A stretch of 64,000 nt of DNA from Octopus sinensis (taxonomy: Eukaryota), in contig NC_042997.1 in the NCBI RefSeq assembly GCF_006345805.1, positions 138,260,001 through 138,324,000 on the forward strand. Reading direction: 5' to 3'. The translations under genes and the position numbers were made by a program. Shown here piece by piece: positions 22,896 through 35,975 of the stretch. The notes under the pieces were generated by a model. It was not told the origin of the DNA. It saw only the letters and a program-made list of their open reading frames with translations, and ran no database searches. Within the stretch, counting starts at the first letter, position 1. Each line of letters begins with the position of its first letter.

Positions 22896-23478
22896 TAAAT
22901 TTGATTGTTTCTAATAAATATTCCCATCATGCTTTCCATAAACAGTAGACTTGTAGCTGCCAATAATTTGGATGTTATGCTTCAGCGCACAGATTTGAAT
23001 AAATCAATTCTGGCCAAACAAACTGTTTCTGGTGCTATTTATTTTGATTAGACATTGATAGCTCTAAGAACTAACATCTATATCTAGAATACAAAAAAAA
23101 AGACTCAAAAAAGAAGAAAGAAAGAAAGAAAAATGAATGAAGAAAATATAAACACAAAGCAAAAAATATTTAATCAATATCTATTAAGAAAAAATGTTTT
23201 ACCACAGAACTGACAAAACCTCTCCTTCAAATTGTTGCTGACAATGACAAATCGAAAACTTTATATCAGTAATTACATTTCTGTAATTCGCTATCCCATG
23301 CAATAATTATAATATTATAACAAGTACAACAACAATAACAATGGTGTCTAATAATGGCACAAGGTCTTGAATTTGGGATGGTTGTGGGTGTCATCAATTC
23401 AATTGATTCCAGTACTTGAGTGATGCTTATTTCACTGAATCTCTTCTTCACCACCACCACCACCACCTAAAGATTTAA

Positions 23479-24008
23479 CCCTTTGCGCCTGTCCAGCATA
23501 TCACATGTGCATCATATACAATACACATTCCCAATTTTTTTTCCAACCATCAGAATAACTTGGAATCTATGCAAACGTCGCCCTTATCAAGCCTAGCCAG
23601 GCTCATTAGCCCAGTTTCCCGGTTTCTGTGGCATATGTGTTCCCCCCCCCCCAGCTGGACAGGATGCCAGTCCATTGCAGCGTTACTCAAGAAACAGGAA
23701 GAGAGAGTGAGAGAAAGTTGTGGCGAAAGAGTACAACAGGGGTCACCACCATCCCCTGCTGGAGCCTCGTGGAGCTTTTAGGCATTTTCACTCAATAAAC
23801 ACACACAACGCCCAGTTTGGGAATTGAAACCGCGATCTTCCAACCGAGAGTCCGCTGCCCTAACCACTGGGCCATTGCACCTCCATGGATCTAGGAAAGG
23901 AAAGCTTTATATTACTGAAAACGTAGGAAACAGGGGCTAACTCTAAGCTTGTGAACAAGCATTGACGTTTAGGACAAACTTATGAAAATGCTTTAGACAG
24001 GCAAAGGG
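23479..24008. mobile_element. piggyBac-type MITE (TTAA TSD) containing a SINE
   Basis: ttaa|ccctttgcgcctgtc...gacaggcaaaggg|ttaa. Confidence 0.8.
23575..23886 (-). mobile_element. SINE family D (tRNA-like head)
   Basis: Minus strand: ggaggtgcaatggcccagtggttagggcagcggactc...gcggtttcaattccc. Homologous to 35005-35303. Confidence 0.85.
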
Positions 24009-24407
24009 TTAAGACAAAGTTGGTTCTAATTTGAAACTTGGAACATAAAGGAATGTAACTAAATACTGCAAGCTATCTTATCAGAAAATCTACCAATCTT
24101 GCTGTCCACCATCCTAACAAAAACAGCAACAACAATGACACTACCATCAGTGATTAGAATAAAGTAATAAATATAAAAATGAATATTTTATGTTAATCAA
24201 TAACAATATACTTAGTATAACCAGATTCCCTATTACCACCACTGCAACCATCACCACCACCACCACCACCACCACCACCAGTGCTGCCGCCCACCTCCAT
24301 TAGCATTCTCATCATCAAATACATATTCATCACCACCAACATTGCTGCAAACCCCCTCACCTAGATACATCCACCAACGCCCATTACTACTACTACTACT
24401 GCAGCTG

Positions 24408-24450
<43 letters not shown>

Positions 24451-25089
24451 CACCACCACCACCACCACCACCACCACCACCACCACCACCACCATCACCA
24501 TTACCACCATCATCATTTGTCTGTTAGATAAACTATTTTTAAACATCTCATCATATTTAGACAGTTATTATTGATTATCACCTGATCTTTCTTTCTTTTT
24601 TTCTTTACTCTTTCTTTTACTTTTCCCGTTTTAAACCGATGTTCTCTATAAAATAGAAGGAAACATTTCAGGAAAATGGAAAATGAAATGGAATAAAATT
24701 TACAGCTGAAACCAGTTTATACATTAATTATTCTCCATGCATAGGAGTCAAACATCATTGTGACATGAATTCTAGATCAAACTGATATAGTTTAATCAAT
24801 TTTCTCATTCTTCTCAATTTATTGCCAGTCCCAACACTAGCTTAGCTGTTGCTACAATACAAATGTGGACCAATGTTAGACTCTCAGCTTGTGTACTGTA
24901 CAGTAAACTCCTGCTAATCCAGTGCTCAGATAACTGGAACTCTCAAGCATGTGGAATCCAAGAAAAAAATAAATGAAATAAAAGAATTTGTGTTGTTAAT
25001 TAGAGTCAAGAAAATTTGTACTAATTTGTGTTAATTAATTTTCATTGAGAGAAAGAAAGTTATTGTTGCTTCTCAAAGTAAAGTTAAAC

Positions 25090-25335
25090 TAAAGTTTCCT
25101 TCTTGAGTCGTACCAACTCTTAAGGGCTGGTTTCCCAGTTTCCATGGCATATGGAAACCTGGACAGGACACTGATCCGTCACAAGATTACTCATTTTTGC
25201 CAGCTGAGTGGACTGGAGCAATGTGAAATGAAGTGATTTCCTCAAGAACACAATATATTGCCTGGTCCAGGAACTGAACAATCTTATGATTATGAGTTCA
25301 ACACCCTAACAACTAAGCCATGTGCTTCCACCTTC
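25090..25335 (-). mobile_element. SINE, family D-related subfamily
   Basis: Homologous to 30020-30265 and 35580-35790 (tgctccagtccactcagctggcaaaaatgagtaatc). Confidence 0.75.
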
Positions 25336-25384
25336 TCCAAGTACAGTACTGCAATTTCTTTCTTTTTTATAAGTTCTGAACAAG

Positions 25385-25790
25385 GCAAAAAGCCACTTAG
25401 TGTAAGGGACTATGAAAAAGGAGAAATTAAGATGAAAGGAATGAATTTAAATTTAAACTTGAAAGAGTTCAGGTTATACGAAGGGGGAAAACAATGGGAT
25501 GATAGAGAGTTCCAAAGTCTGGCAGTTCGAGGAAGAAGGCAATGACTAGAAAAAGTTCCTTATCCATAGAAGCATAACAGCATTTGGATGAAGACACTGT
25601 AAGTTTCAAGTCAGTTGGAATGGTACAAAGTGATATGGAACTAAGAGAAAAAGTTCATTAGAGCACTTCCTGCAGTAATAACAGGAAAGACTAAAATTGT
25701 TGACATCATGTCTGTGTGACATGGGTTACAGAGAGGGACCAATCAAATTAAAGATTTGCTTTTGAATCTGGTTGAAGAGATCCAAGTGAC
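25385..25790 (-). mobile_element. Decayed CR1/Jockey-like LINE 3' fragment
   Basis: Minus-strand translation LLPRTARLWNSLSSHCFPPSYNLNSFK, a typical ORF2 C-terminus. Confidence 0.65.
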
Positions 25791-25967
25791 AAGTCTTGTG
25801 TTGATAGTACTAAGATGGTTGTATGGCAGTGTAATTGTGTGGTGTATTTTAGTGGACTATGTGTCACACTGATGTTATGTAGTCCTGATCAAGCTGACCT
25901 ATGATCAAAAGCATTCCAACCATACCCTTCTCATCTATTTTCAGACATTGTGTATCTAAGGCTATTT

Positions 25968-26285
25968 TTACAAAGTCAGAAAACAGCACAGCTCCCATGA
26001 CTTTCGAAAACATTTTTTCACGCTAAGAGTTGCTGAAGCATGGAACAGACTGCTGGCATCAGTTGTTAGTTGTCGGAGCTCTGCATCCTTAAAAACTTCC
26101 ATGCTTCCTGAGATTCGCCAACACTACACCTGATTTTCCCCCCTCCATACACACTCAAGCATGTATCTGACTCATACACTGTTTGCTTTCCAGATATTTG
26201 TACATTACTGCATATACTTTATATGCACTTTTGACAAGTTGTGGTGCACCTGAGCACTGTATACAATAATTTCCTTATTATTAAT
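25968..26285 (+). mobile_element. CR1-like LINE 3' end
   Basis: YKVRKQHSSHDFRKHFFTLRVAEAWNRLLASVVS...*, then 3' UTR and a short (tta) tail. Confidence 0.8.
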
Positions 26286-27224
26286 ATTACATATAATTTG
26301 TGTTGTATGATGTCATGTGATATATTCAACGGTTAGTCCAGGGTGTGTCTTTAAACTGCATCCAATAATGGGGTCTTAGTTTGGAAGTTTCAGGGTTTTG
26401 ATGTGCATGGGACCACTTTTTATCCACGACAGTTCTCTGGTCTACTCTGACCAAGAGCAGTAGCACTCATTAAGGTCTCAGCTATGGATTAATTATCATG
26501 CTGGTATTGTGGAGTGCAGAGAGCAAGAGGAGGCAAGTAAGATGTCTTGATCGTCCACTCTACGTATCTCCATCCCCAATTGTTTTGGCTTGGTCTTGCC
26601 ATTGGATTGAGGATGGTCACAGACAAGAGAGTGAGGTTTATGGCATGTAACTCTTCTTCACTTTAAACAAAGTCTGCATAACTCATCAGTCACCTTCCAT
26701 TCCTTCAAGATGACTGAACGATCCTGGCTGCTTCAACAGACTAACATGTATTGTATGATAGTGCTGTATTGTATTAAAGCTTATGTGTTTATGTATTGTA
26801 TGATAATGTTCATGTGCTGCACTATTGTTGCTGATGTTGTTTAGCCCCTAACTAAGCCCTAATTGAGTACATCTATAATCAAAATTATTCCACCTGTTGT
26901 TTCTAGCGGGGCAAACGACCATGTAAAGATTCTTGTGCAGGGTAAGACAGTGTTGGTATTATAAAGTAGTTAAGTTGCCATGTGAAATTGTTGATTTATA
27001 GTATTACAGTAATATGAGAAGTAGAACAGACATTTTATTGAAATTCAACTTCAGTGAAGTCATATAACTTGGAAATTGTATTCAATAGCATTATATACAT
27101 GTTAGCTTGTATCAATATAATGACTCATTTGTGCAAGGTCTGTTATATAAATATATATTACAACCATCTATTCTTAGTAACAGACACTAATTCCATCATA
27201 ACAAATGCTCTTGTGAAGAGTTCA

Positions 27225-27620
27225 GTCATGGCCGTGTGGTAAGAAGTTTCCTTTCCAACTACATGGTTCCAGTTTCAGTCCCACTGTATGGCACCTTGTG
27301 CAAGTGTTTTTTCAACTATAGACTCAGGCCACCCTAAGCCTTGTGAGAAGATGAAAACTGAAAGAAGTTTGTTGTGTGTTTATACCGAAACAAGTTAAAA
27401 ATAAAAAGATATGTGTATATATTTAGGTGTGTGTGTGTATGTTTGTGTTTGTGCCATCCCCCACTGCTTGACAAATGGTGTTGGTGTGTTGGTTTATTTA
27501 TGTCCCTATAACTTAGAGGTTCAGCAATAGTAACTGCAAAAAATATATAACAGGCTTTAAAATCATTAGTACTGACTAAAACACTTCATAGCCACAGTCC
27601 AATGACCAAAACAAGTAAAA
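27225..27620 (+). mobile_element. SINE family B, decayed
   Basis: ggccgtgtggtaagaag head through atagccacagtccaatgaccaaaacaagtaaaag tail. Confidence 0.7.
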
Positions 27621-27644
27621 GATAAAATGATACATACACACACA

Positions 27645-27702
<58 letters not shown>

Positions 27703-28608
27703 GAAGAAAATGAAATGTTCATGGAGATGTGAGTAACTGATGATGAGTAAGTACTGAGCAGGGGAAAATAATCTAGTTTTATTATGTAATAAGTCATTGT
27801 TTCTAATAATGAACTGGAGATTTGTGAGGATTAAGAAGGGGTGAGAAATTACCACCATCATTTTTTTTTCCATTCTAGTGAGGATATTCAGCAATTTATT
27901 CAAATGTCGTGATTTGCTGGAATGTTGCTCACATGATCAGTGAATCTGGCCAATTGCGATTTCACTTGGGAAGAATATTGCCCACATGATTAACAGGATC
28001 TGGCCAGTCACAACTTCACCTGGAATAGGTTCCAGCACCTTATATCAGTCTTGGTATCTTCCTTTCTGAGTCTCATTATAAAAGCAACACATGTGACCAA
28101 TATAACCAGAGAGAGCTTTGGGCGGTAGCAGAGACAACTGGCAGACAACATGGTGAGCAGACACAAGCAGCAGCTGAATCTAGCTAATATCATCATGACA
28201 AACTTTTTGCAGCAATGCAATGACTAGCAGTAACTTTTCTATACTATTTCAATTACAATAATATCAAAACTCAATAATATTCAGAAAGCACAATAATATT
28301 CAGAATCACAAAGCACAATAATATTCAGAATCTCTCAATCTGAAATAAAATTTGTTTGTAAAAACCTAAACAGAAATGCAACTTATGCATAGCAGAAAGA
28401 TCTCATACTCTTCTTAGATCCAATAATTCCAACACACTGCTCAATTCCAGATATGAAATTTTTAGCAGGTGTAAATACATGGACAATTTTATTTTATTGT
28501 ATAATGGAATGGAAGGTTTATGATACTTGTGGAGTATCTCTTCCCCCCATTATAATCATTTTTGTAGTTTCAAGGAACTGAAACAGGTCACCAATTTTGT
28601 AATATCCA

Positions 28609-29700
28609 TGTGAAGCGAGGTGACGAGAATGGCTCCTTAGTACATCACACAGTTGATACAATAAATAGAAATAGAAATAGAAAAATGCATATATGTGCCA
28701 GAGGGGAAAAAGAGACACAACCAAATAGAATGTTTAAGAGAACATTTATTGATATGTTAGCATGTGTGATTATGTGTGTGTCATATATACAGAATAATAG
28801 ACAGGCCGTCATAAGAATAATATGTTTGCATGTGTATGTAGGCATAGACATATACATGTTAAGAACATATAAGGATGGCGATGAAGAAGAGACAGTGAAA
28901 GAGTCTATAGCCATCGAAGTGAGGAGCAAGTTCATAGACACAAGAATGATAAATACCAGTTAGTAGTCAATTGTACACGATAGTTGAAATACTGTATCAA
29001 GAACTTGCAGCCACGATGCAGAGCTGGTTGTGGTACATGTCGTATGTGAAGTTGTGACTATGATGCTGCTGCCTGAGTCACTTGGTACAGGAGTTCTTGC
29101 AGGTTGTATATTTGCAGTTGATCCATGATGAAGTAATTCATGAACAGTACAGTGTTGTAACCAGGGTGAGTTGCTTGTTGGGTTGTGTATGTAGAGAGAT
29201 GTTGACGTTAGGATGAAGTTGGTGAGTCTCAACGAGGCTGCTGTTGTGTTGTTGCTGGAATTGGCAGTGTCTTGTGTGGTTATTGGCTAAACCTTAAAAG
29301 GTCTGAAACCGAAAGACATTGAGACGAGGAGAAGCTGGGTTTTTATAAGGAGTTGTAAGTTCAAAACTGAGTTGAGAACAGGCTGTCACAAGTGACCTTA
29401 TTTAGGGCTTTGATTGGTTATACACTGCATATTGGCGTGATAGAGTAAGAGACAAATTGTGCCAATACCAACCAATCAGAGTAGTGGACACAATGGGGAC
29501 TAATATGTGGCCAAAGGCTAGCTGTTATCTACTACGTTGTATGAATGTATATATAAGAGAGGAGAGGAATGTCACTCGAGTGTACACTACAATCGAATTG
29601 GAAGATACCGCCTGCTCCAGATTGAGTTGCTATCTTGCTGACTTTGAAATATTTTCTGTTATTTTATTCTATACCAACTGTATTAATTGTCATTTCTGCA
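28609..29700. mobile_element. Possible solo-LTR-like sequence(s)
   Basis: TGTGA (28609) and TCACA (29386-29390) inverted termini, TATA-like boxes on both strands, several CCAAT boxes. No TSD found. Confidence 0.35.
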
Positions 29701-30019
29701 ATCAGGGAGGATGGTGATCTTAGTTTTCTTGATTTCATTTCATTCTTCTCATTCTATTTTTTGCATGAACCTTAATGTTTTTTTCAGGTTTTTCTTATTT
29801 TCTCACTGTCCAATGTCCTTCTTTTTAAAATATTTATAACACATAAACAGAGTCTAAAAGATTGCTTGGAAATAAACGGAATATTTTATAAATATGCCTA
29901 GTTAAAGTATCATAAGAGTATGAAACTACTAGTAGCTCTTTTGATTGTACATTAAATTGATATTTATCTCTCACTGAATGGAGTACTTTTTTTGTTGATT
30001 CTACCTATATTGGATCTAC

Positions 30020-30265
30020 ACACACATGGCTTAGTGGCTAAGGTGTTGAACTCATGATCGTAAGGTTGTGGTTTCGATTCCTGGATCGGGCAATGTATTG
30101 TGTTCTTGAGCAAAACACTTCAATTCACCTTGCTCCAATCCACTCAGCTGGCAAAAATGAGTAATCCTGCGACGGATTGGTGTCCCATCCAGGTGGGGAA
30201 TTTCTACGCCACTGAAACCGGGAAACCGGTCCTTATGAGCCTGGCATGGCTTGAGAAGGAACAAG
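30020..30265 (+). mobile_element. SINE, family D-related
   Basis: atggcttagtggctaagg (A box), ggtttcgattcc (B box), tail gaaaccgggaaaccggtccttatgagcc. Confidence 0.8.
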
Positions 30266-30284
30266 GAATGCACGTGCACATACA

Positions 30285-30319
<35 letters not shown>

Positions 30320-30738
30320 CACACACACACACACAGACACACACACACACACATACACACACACACACACACAGACACACACACACACAGACACAGACAC
30401 ACACACAGACACACACAGACACACATACAGACACACACAGACACACATACAGACACATACACACAGACACACACAGACACACACATACACACACACATAC
30501 ACACATGAACAATATACGATGTGGATTCATGGCTACCACAGAAAGCTCTTCTTATAGACTAGAATAACAGTCTACATAGTAATCTAAAAGAGAGAAGTAT
30601 AACATAGTGTCCATGCATCTGAAATTGTAATGTTTTGAGCGATAAAATTATTTCATCAGGAGTATACAGACCATACAGAAAATGTTATCATTTTATTGTT
30701 TCTGTTTATAAATATGTGTGTGTGTGTGTACACACACG

Positions 30739-30878
30739 CACACACACACGTGCACGCACACACACACGTGCACGCACACACACACGTGCACGCACACACA
30801 CACGTGCACGCACACACACACGTGCATGCACACACACACGTGCACGCACACACACACGTGCACGCACACACACACGTG

Positions 30879-30885
<7 letters not shown>
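30739..30885. repeat. 18-bp minisatellite (cacacacacacgtgcacg) x8
   Basis: cgtgca recurs at 30749, 30767, 30785, 30803, 30821, 30839, 30857 and 30875. Confidence 0.9.
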
Positions 30886-30916
<31 letters not shown>

Positions 30917-31726
30917 AAGCTTTTTTTTAGCTTTTGTCAACCAAATCCACACTCACATAGCTTTGGTCAACCAGAGGCTAAAATAGAAGATAGTTGCCCA
31001 ATGTGCCATGCAGTGGGATTGAACCTGAAACATGTGGTTGGGAAGCAAATTTCTTAAAACACAGTCATGTCTGTGCTTATCATGTTTAAGAAAATTAAAA
31101 TGATTTCGATGTAATTGCTTAATTTTAGAATGACCTCAAATAGTAAATGTGAGAGGCTAGATCTCACCTGTTTTAACATACAACAGGTAGATTATTTGAG
31201 CAAGATATGGCTAGTTTAAATGCTAAAAGTTTATAGCACATCTTGACAAAAAAAGGAGTGCAAATCCACTCACCACACAAACATACATTTTTACACATTC
31301 ATGATGGACTTCCACAGTGATTTTTGCCTACCAAATTCCAGCAAAAAAATGCATTGGTTATTGAGGCTACATTAAAAATACTTGCCTAAATTGTGATTAT
31401 AGAGTTAGTTTAGCAACATTGTACGTCTAGTTTGAATCCTAACTCTTTAATCACGCATCTAGAGATTTATAAACAATGATTTTTGATTACCAAACTCCAG
31501 CCAAAAGGCATTGGACAGCTTGAGACTACACTAGAAAATACTTGCCCAAGTTGTCATAGAGTTGGATTGAAACCAGAAGTACAACATTGCAAAGCTAACT
31601 TTTTAATCACGCATCTAAAGAGATTTATAGACTAAAATGCCTGACTACCTAATTTTGTTTTGCATTTATTTGCTCAAGATAACATGGATTAGATATTTAC
31701 ATGCAATATCAAGGGAAATATCTTAC

Positions 31727-31778
31727 CGTTGGATGCACTTACGAAAAGCCATTCATGCAATAAAATATTGTACATTCA
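31727..31778 (-). CDS. Candidate start-codon exon (MAFRKCIQR..)
   Basis: Acceptor ctttcacag, ATG at 31752-31750, donor CG|gtaaga. A second donor C|gtaagt lies 16 nt upstream. Confidence 0.3.
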
Positions 31779-32060
31779 CTGTGAAAGTGATTTTTGTTTT
31801 TGTTTGATTATTGTTTTATTGATGGAAGTTTTAAAATGATGAAGAACTGATCATACAAATCTTATAAAAGGTGTAAACAAACGTAAACAGGTGTAACTGA
31901 TTGTAAGGCAGTGTAATTTCTTATATGAAAATATTTATTCACAAACATTACATCTTAACATTTTTTTCTGAATCTCTACCTGAATTAGTTCAGGTACAAA
32001 TACGTTGGGCAGTGTGTAAGATTGCTTGAATTGAAGTGTTAGATTGTTAGTTGTTTGCAG

Positions 32061-32085
32061 TATGTGGCGTGATAGAGGTGAAAAG
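32061..32085 (+). other. Candidate 25-nt microexon (MWRDRGEK)
   Basis: ttgtttgcag|tatgtggcgtgatagaggtgaaaag|gtatgc. Confidence 0.25.
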
Positions 32086-32093
32086 GTATGCTT

Positions 32094-32136
<43 letters not shown>

Positions 32137-32177
32137 CCAGATACTGGTCAGAAGTAGTGGTAATATATTTTGTTAGC

Positions 32178-32785
32178 AAGGTTGCAAACTGGCAGAATCA
32201 TTAGCATGCCAGGCAAAATGCTTAGCAGCATTTTATCTGTCTTTAAATTCTGAGTTCAAATTCTACCAGAGTTTACTTTGTCTTTCAGTCTTTCAGGGTC
32301 AATAAAATAAGTACCAGCTGAGTACTGGAGTTGATTAATAAGACAGCAAGCTGGCAAAATTGTCAGCATGCTAGAGAAAATACTTAGTGGCATCTCATCC
32401 ATCTTTATGTTCTGAGTTCAAATTCTGCTGAGGCCTACTTTGCCTTTCATCCTCTCAGGGTTGATAAAATAAATACCAGTTAGGCACTGGGGTCAATTTA
32501 ATTGACTTAACCCCTTCCCAGAAATTGCTGGCCCTGTGCAAAAATTCAAAACCAATATAGTTTGTTAGTTCCTTAAAAGGCAGTGAGTTGGCAGGATTGT
32601 TAGAATGTCAGACAAAATGCTTAGTGGCATTTCTTCCAGCTTTACATTCTGAATTCAAATCATGCTGAGGCTGACTTTGACCTTCATCCTTTGAGGGGTT
32701 AATAAAATAGACACTGGGAGTCAATGTAATCAACTAGTCTCTTCCTCACAAAATTTCAGGCCTTGTTCCTACTGTAGAAAGAATA
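32178..32785 (+). mobile_element. Three tandem SINE family A copies
   Basis: Heads at ~32178, ~32340 and ~32577, each with ggcaga/ggcaaa/ggcagg...ttctga(g/a)ttcaaat...tttca core. Confidence 0.85.
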
Positions 32786-33924
32786 CATTTTCTTAGTTTC
32801 TTGCTGTGGCTGCTGCTATTGATGGAGTGGAATTAACAGGAAGATAGCTTTTGCCCCACAACAAGGGCCAAAGAAAGTATTATCAAAGAAAGTATTATGA
32901 CGTATCTCAGTTGAAAACTAGATTGCAACTGCTAAAAATGACCTTTTGTTGACTCATATTTTCAGCAAGCAGCATTATTTATATCATAAGATTTAGGTCA
33001 AGAAAGATCAAGCTGACACTTTCTGATTGGTCAAGGAAGGTCAGAAGGTATACAATATGCACAAAAGAAAAGACAGCTTTCTTGCTTTTAAGTTAGAGAA
33101 AATATAAATACACACAGCTGAAAATGTCTGCTGTGGTCTGTGAGTTGGTCTAAAGTTTAGTTGGTCATATCTTAGATAAATATGCTTAAAGTGGTTTTTG
33201 TTACAAAGGCAAAGCAAGTAAAGCTGATTTCAAGTCTGAAAGAGATGTGTTATGTGCATAAGGTGAATTTCCTTCATCTATATCATACGCAGTATGATGA
33301 ATCAATCTACATCTTATGTAACATGTGTTTAGTATTCTAGTATTATGCTAAATTATATCTCAAGGCATCATAGCAAGAAAAGGTTATTGATAAAAGCTCA
33401 TGAAGACACTGTAAATGTTAAAGTTTCCAGCTTGTATGTTACACTTCGTTATTATCAGTTGCCAGAACAAAGCCCCAATTAATATTACAGAAATATCCAC
33501 TTTGAATACTTTCAAATCCAGGCTTAAAAGAACATGACAATATTACAGATTAACTTTAGACCTATACATCTCTTACACACCTCTCTCTTAATCTATTGAA
33601 CTGAATTGATGACAATCACAATAGCTTGTAGTAGCAGTGAATTACCACATTAAATTAGATATTTGTCTTGCTTCAGATTTCATTATACTAAATTTCAAGT
33701 AAAGATTTTTGCCAACATAACATGGCAGTTCTGGTTTAGGACAAATGTTGCTGAAATTTATCCTCAGGAGATATCGTCTCCAGCTGGCTATATGACACAA
33801 TCTGTGTCTTTATATTTTCGAACAAGGGAATCTAGCATCACTACTCAGCTCAAAACAATATATGTGTATCGCGATTACTAGGTTATTGTTGACTTCTGTA
33901 TTTTTGTATGTGTATGTGTGTGTG

Positions 33925-34142
33925 TGTGTGGTGAGGGCATGTGGCCTAGTTGTTAGGGTGTTGCAAACATGATTGCAATATTGTGATTTCAATTCCTGAA
34001 CTGAGGAGCTATGGAGTTGTTTTCTTATTTACAACAAAAGAGTGTAATTTGAGGGACATTCGCCTGTTATTTCTAGTGGGTTAAGCAACCACATAGAGAC
34101 TTCCTTATTGACTACTTTTGTATGTGCATATGCATGTGTGTG

Positions 34143-34198
<56 letters not shown>

Positions 34199-34554
34199 TG
34201 TGTGCGTGCGTGTGTGTGCGTGTGTGCGTGCATGTGTGTGTGCGTATGTGTGTGGTGAGGGCATGTGGCCTGGTGGCTATGGTGTTGCACTCATGATTGT
34301 AAGGTTATGATTTCAGTTCCTGAACTGGGGAGTTGGGGAGTGTTGTGTCCTTGAGCAAAAGACTTTATCTCACTTTGCTCTGCAATCACTTCATCACTTT
34401 GCTCTGCAATCACTTTATCTCACTTTGCTCTGCAATCACAACAACGGTCTGATGTGTTGTAGACCGTGCACTGTGCATTTGATCACCAGAAACAAATCAT
34501 TTGTGCAGGTTGTTCAGTGAGAAATTGCACAGCTGTCTTTCTTGAGCTACATCA

Positions 34555-34620
<66 letters not shown>

Positions 34621-34657
34621 TGTGCATGTACATGTGTGTGCATGTGTATGTGTGTGA

Positions 34658-34698
<41 letters not shown>

Positions 34699-35975
34699 TG
34701 TCTTTGTGTTCACCCATCACCACTTAACAACCAGTGTTGGTGTGTTTTCATCCCTGTAACTTGGCAGTTTGGCAAAAGACACTGATAGAATAAGTACTAG
34801 GCTTACAAAGAATAAGTCCTGGGGTTGATTTCTTTGACTAAAATCCTTCAAGGCAGTGCTGCAGCATGGCTGCAGTCAAATGACTGAAACAAGTAAAAGA
34901 ATATGGGAACTATCATGAAAGACAATCAGATGGATTGTACCTCTTGTAATTCAAAGGGTCACATATTGTCTCACTGGTTCTTATTTTCTAAAGGCTCTCT
35001 GACATAGAGGCACATAGCCTAGTGGTTAGAGCAGCGGACTCGCGGTCAAGGGATCGTGGGTTTGAATCTCAGACCGGGTGATGTGTGTGTTTATGAGTGA
35101 AACACCTAAGCTCCACGCGGCTCCGGCAGAAGGTAATGACAAACTTCTGCTGACTATCTCGCTACAACTTTCTCTCACTCTATCCTCCCACATCTTGCAG
35201 CTCACCTGTGACAGACCGGCGTCCTGTCTATGTGGGAGACCTATATGCCAAGGAAACTGGGAAACCGACCCTTATGAGCCAGACGTGGCTTGAGAAGGAA
35301 CAAAAAGGCTCTCTGGGATAGAAATCTCATTATCAGTTTAACATCCACATTTCCATGCTTGCATGGGTCAGGTGGAACTTGTTGAGGCAGATTTTCTTTG
35401 GCTGTATTCTCTTCCTGTCATCAACCCTTACCTGTTTCCAAGTAAGGTAATATTTTCCCATGCTCAGATTATATTTTCATGGAAGAATGGAAACAAATGA
35501 CATTACTTCTATGTCGGTGACACTCGCTTACAACTATCATGTGATGTTAAGGCAAGGAGACAGTAACACACACACACACAGTGGAGGTGCATGGCTCAGC
35601 TGTTAAGGTGTTGGACTTATAATCATAAGATTGTGGTTCCAATTCATGTTGCTCCAGTTCACTCAGCTGGCAAAAATGAGTAATCATGTGATGGACTGAC
35701 ATTCCATCCAAGTGGGGTATATATATGCCATGAAACTGGGACACCAGCCTTTATGAGTCAGCATGACTTGAGAAGGTAACTTTATCTTTTACACACACAC
35801 ACACACACATACACACACACACGACAGGCTTCTTTCAGTTTCCATCTACCAAATCCACTCACAAGGCTTTGAATTTCCTGGAGCTATAGTAAAAGACATT
35901 TGTCAAAGGTGCCACACAATGGGACTGAACCCAAAACCATGTGGTTGGGAAGCAAGCTTCCTACCACACTACCAC
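33925..35975. mobile_element. Cluster of SINEs (families B, C, D) and (TG)n tracts
   Basis: D-type heads at ~33930, 34255, 35005 and 35580. B 3' half at 34700-34900 (+) and B head at 35820-35975 (-). C-related tail at 35330-35550 (-). Confidence 0.75.

Noticed and set aside
30052-31057. Many ORFs of VC/HT/YI/poly-I/poly-N type (also at 2-6, 16, 34, 41 and 44 kb)
   Set aside because: Translations of (CA)n, (TA)n and (TAA)n microsatellites, not genes.
33663-33881. 72-aa + strand ORF after a plausible acceptor
   Set aside because: Phase is incompatible with the nearby microexon and no motif is recognised. Could be chance.
34363-34438. Three ~24-bp tandem repeats
   Set aside because: Local slippage inside a SINE body.
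35005-35080. tRNA-like sequence (also ~23810-23886 and ~30025-30090)
   Set aside because: A/B-box SINE heads continuing into SINE bodies, with no complete cloverleaf.
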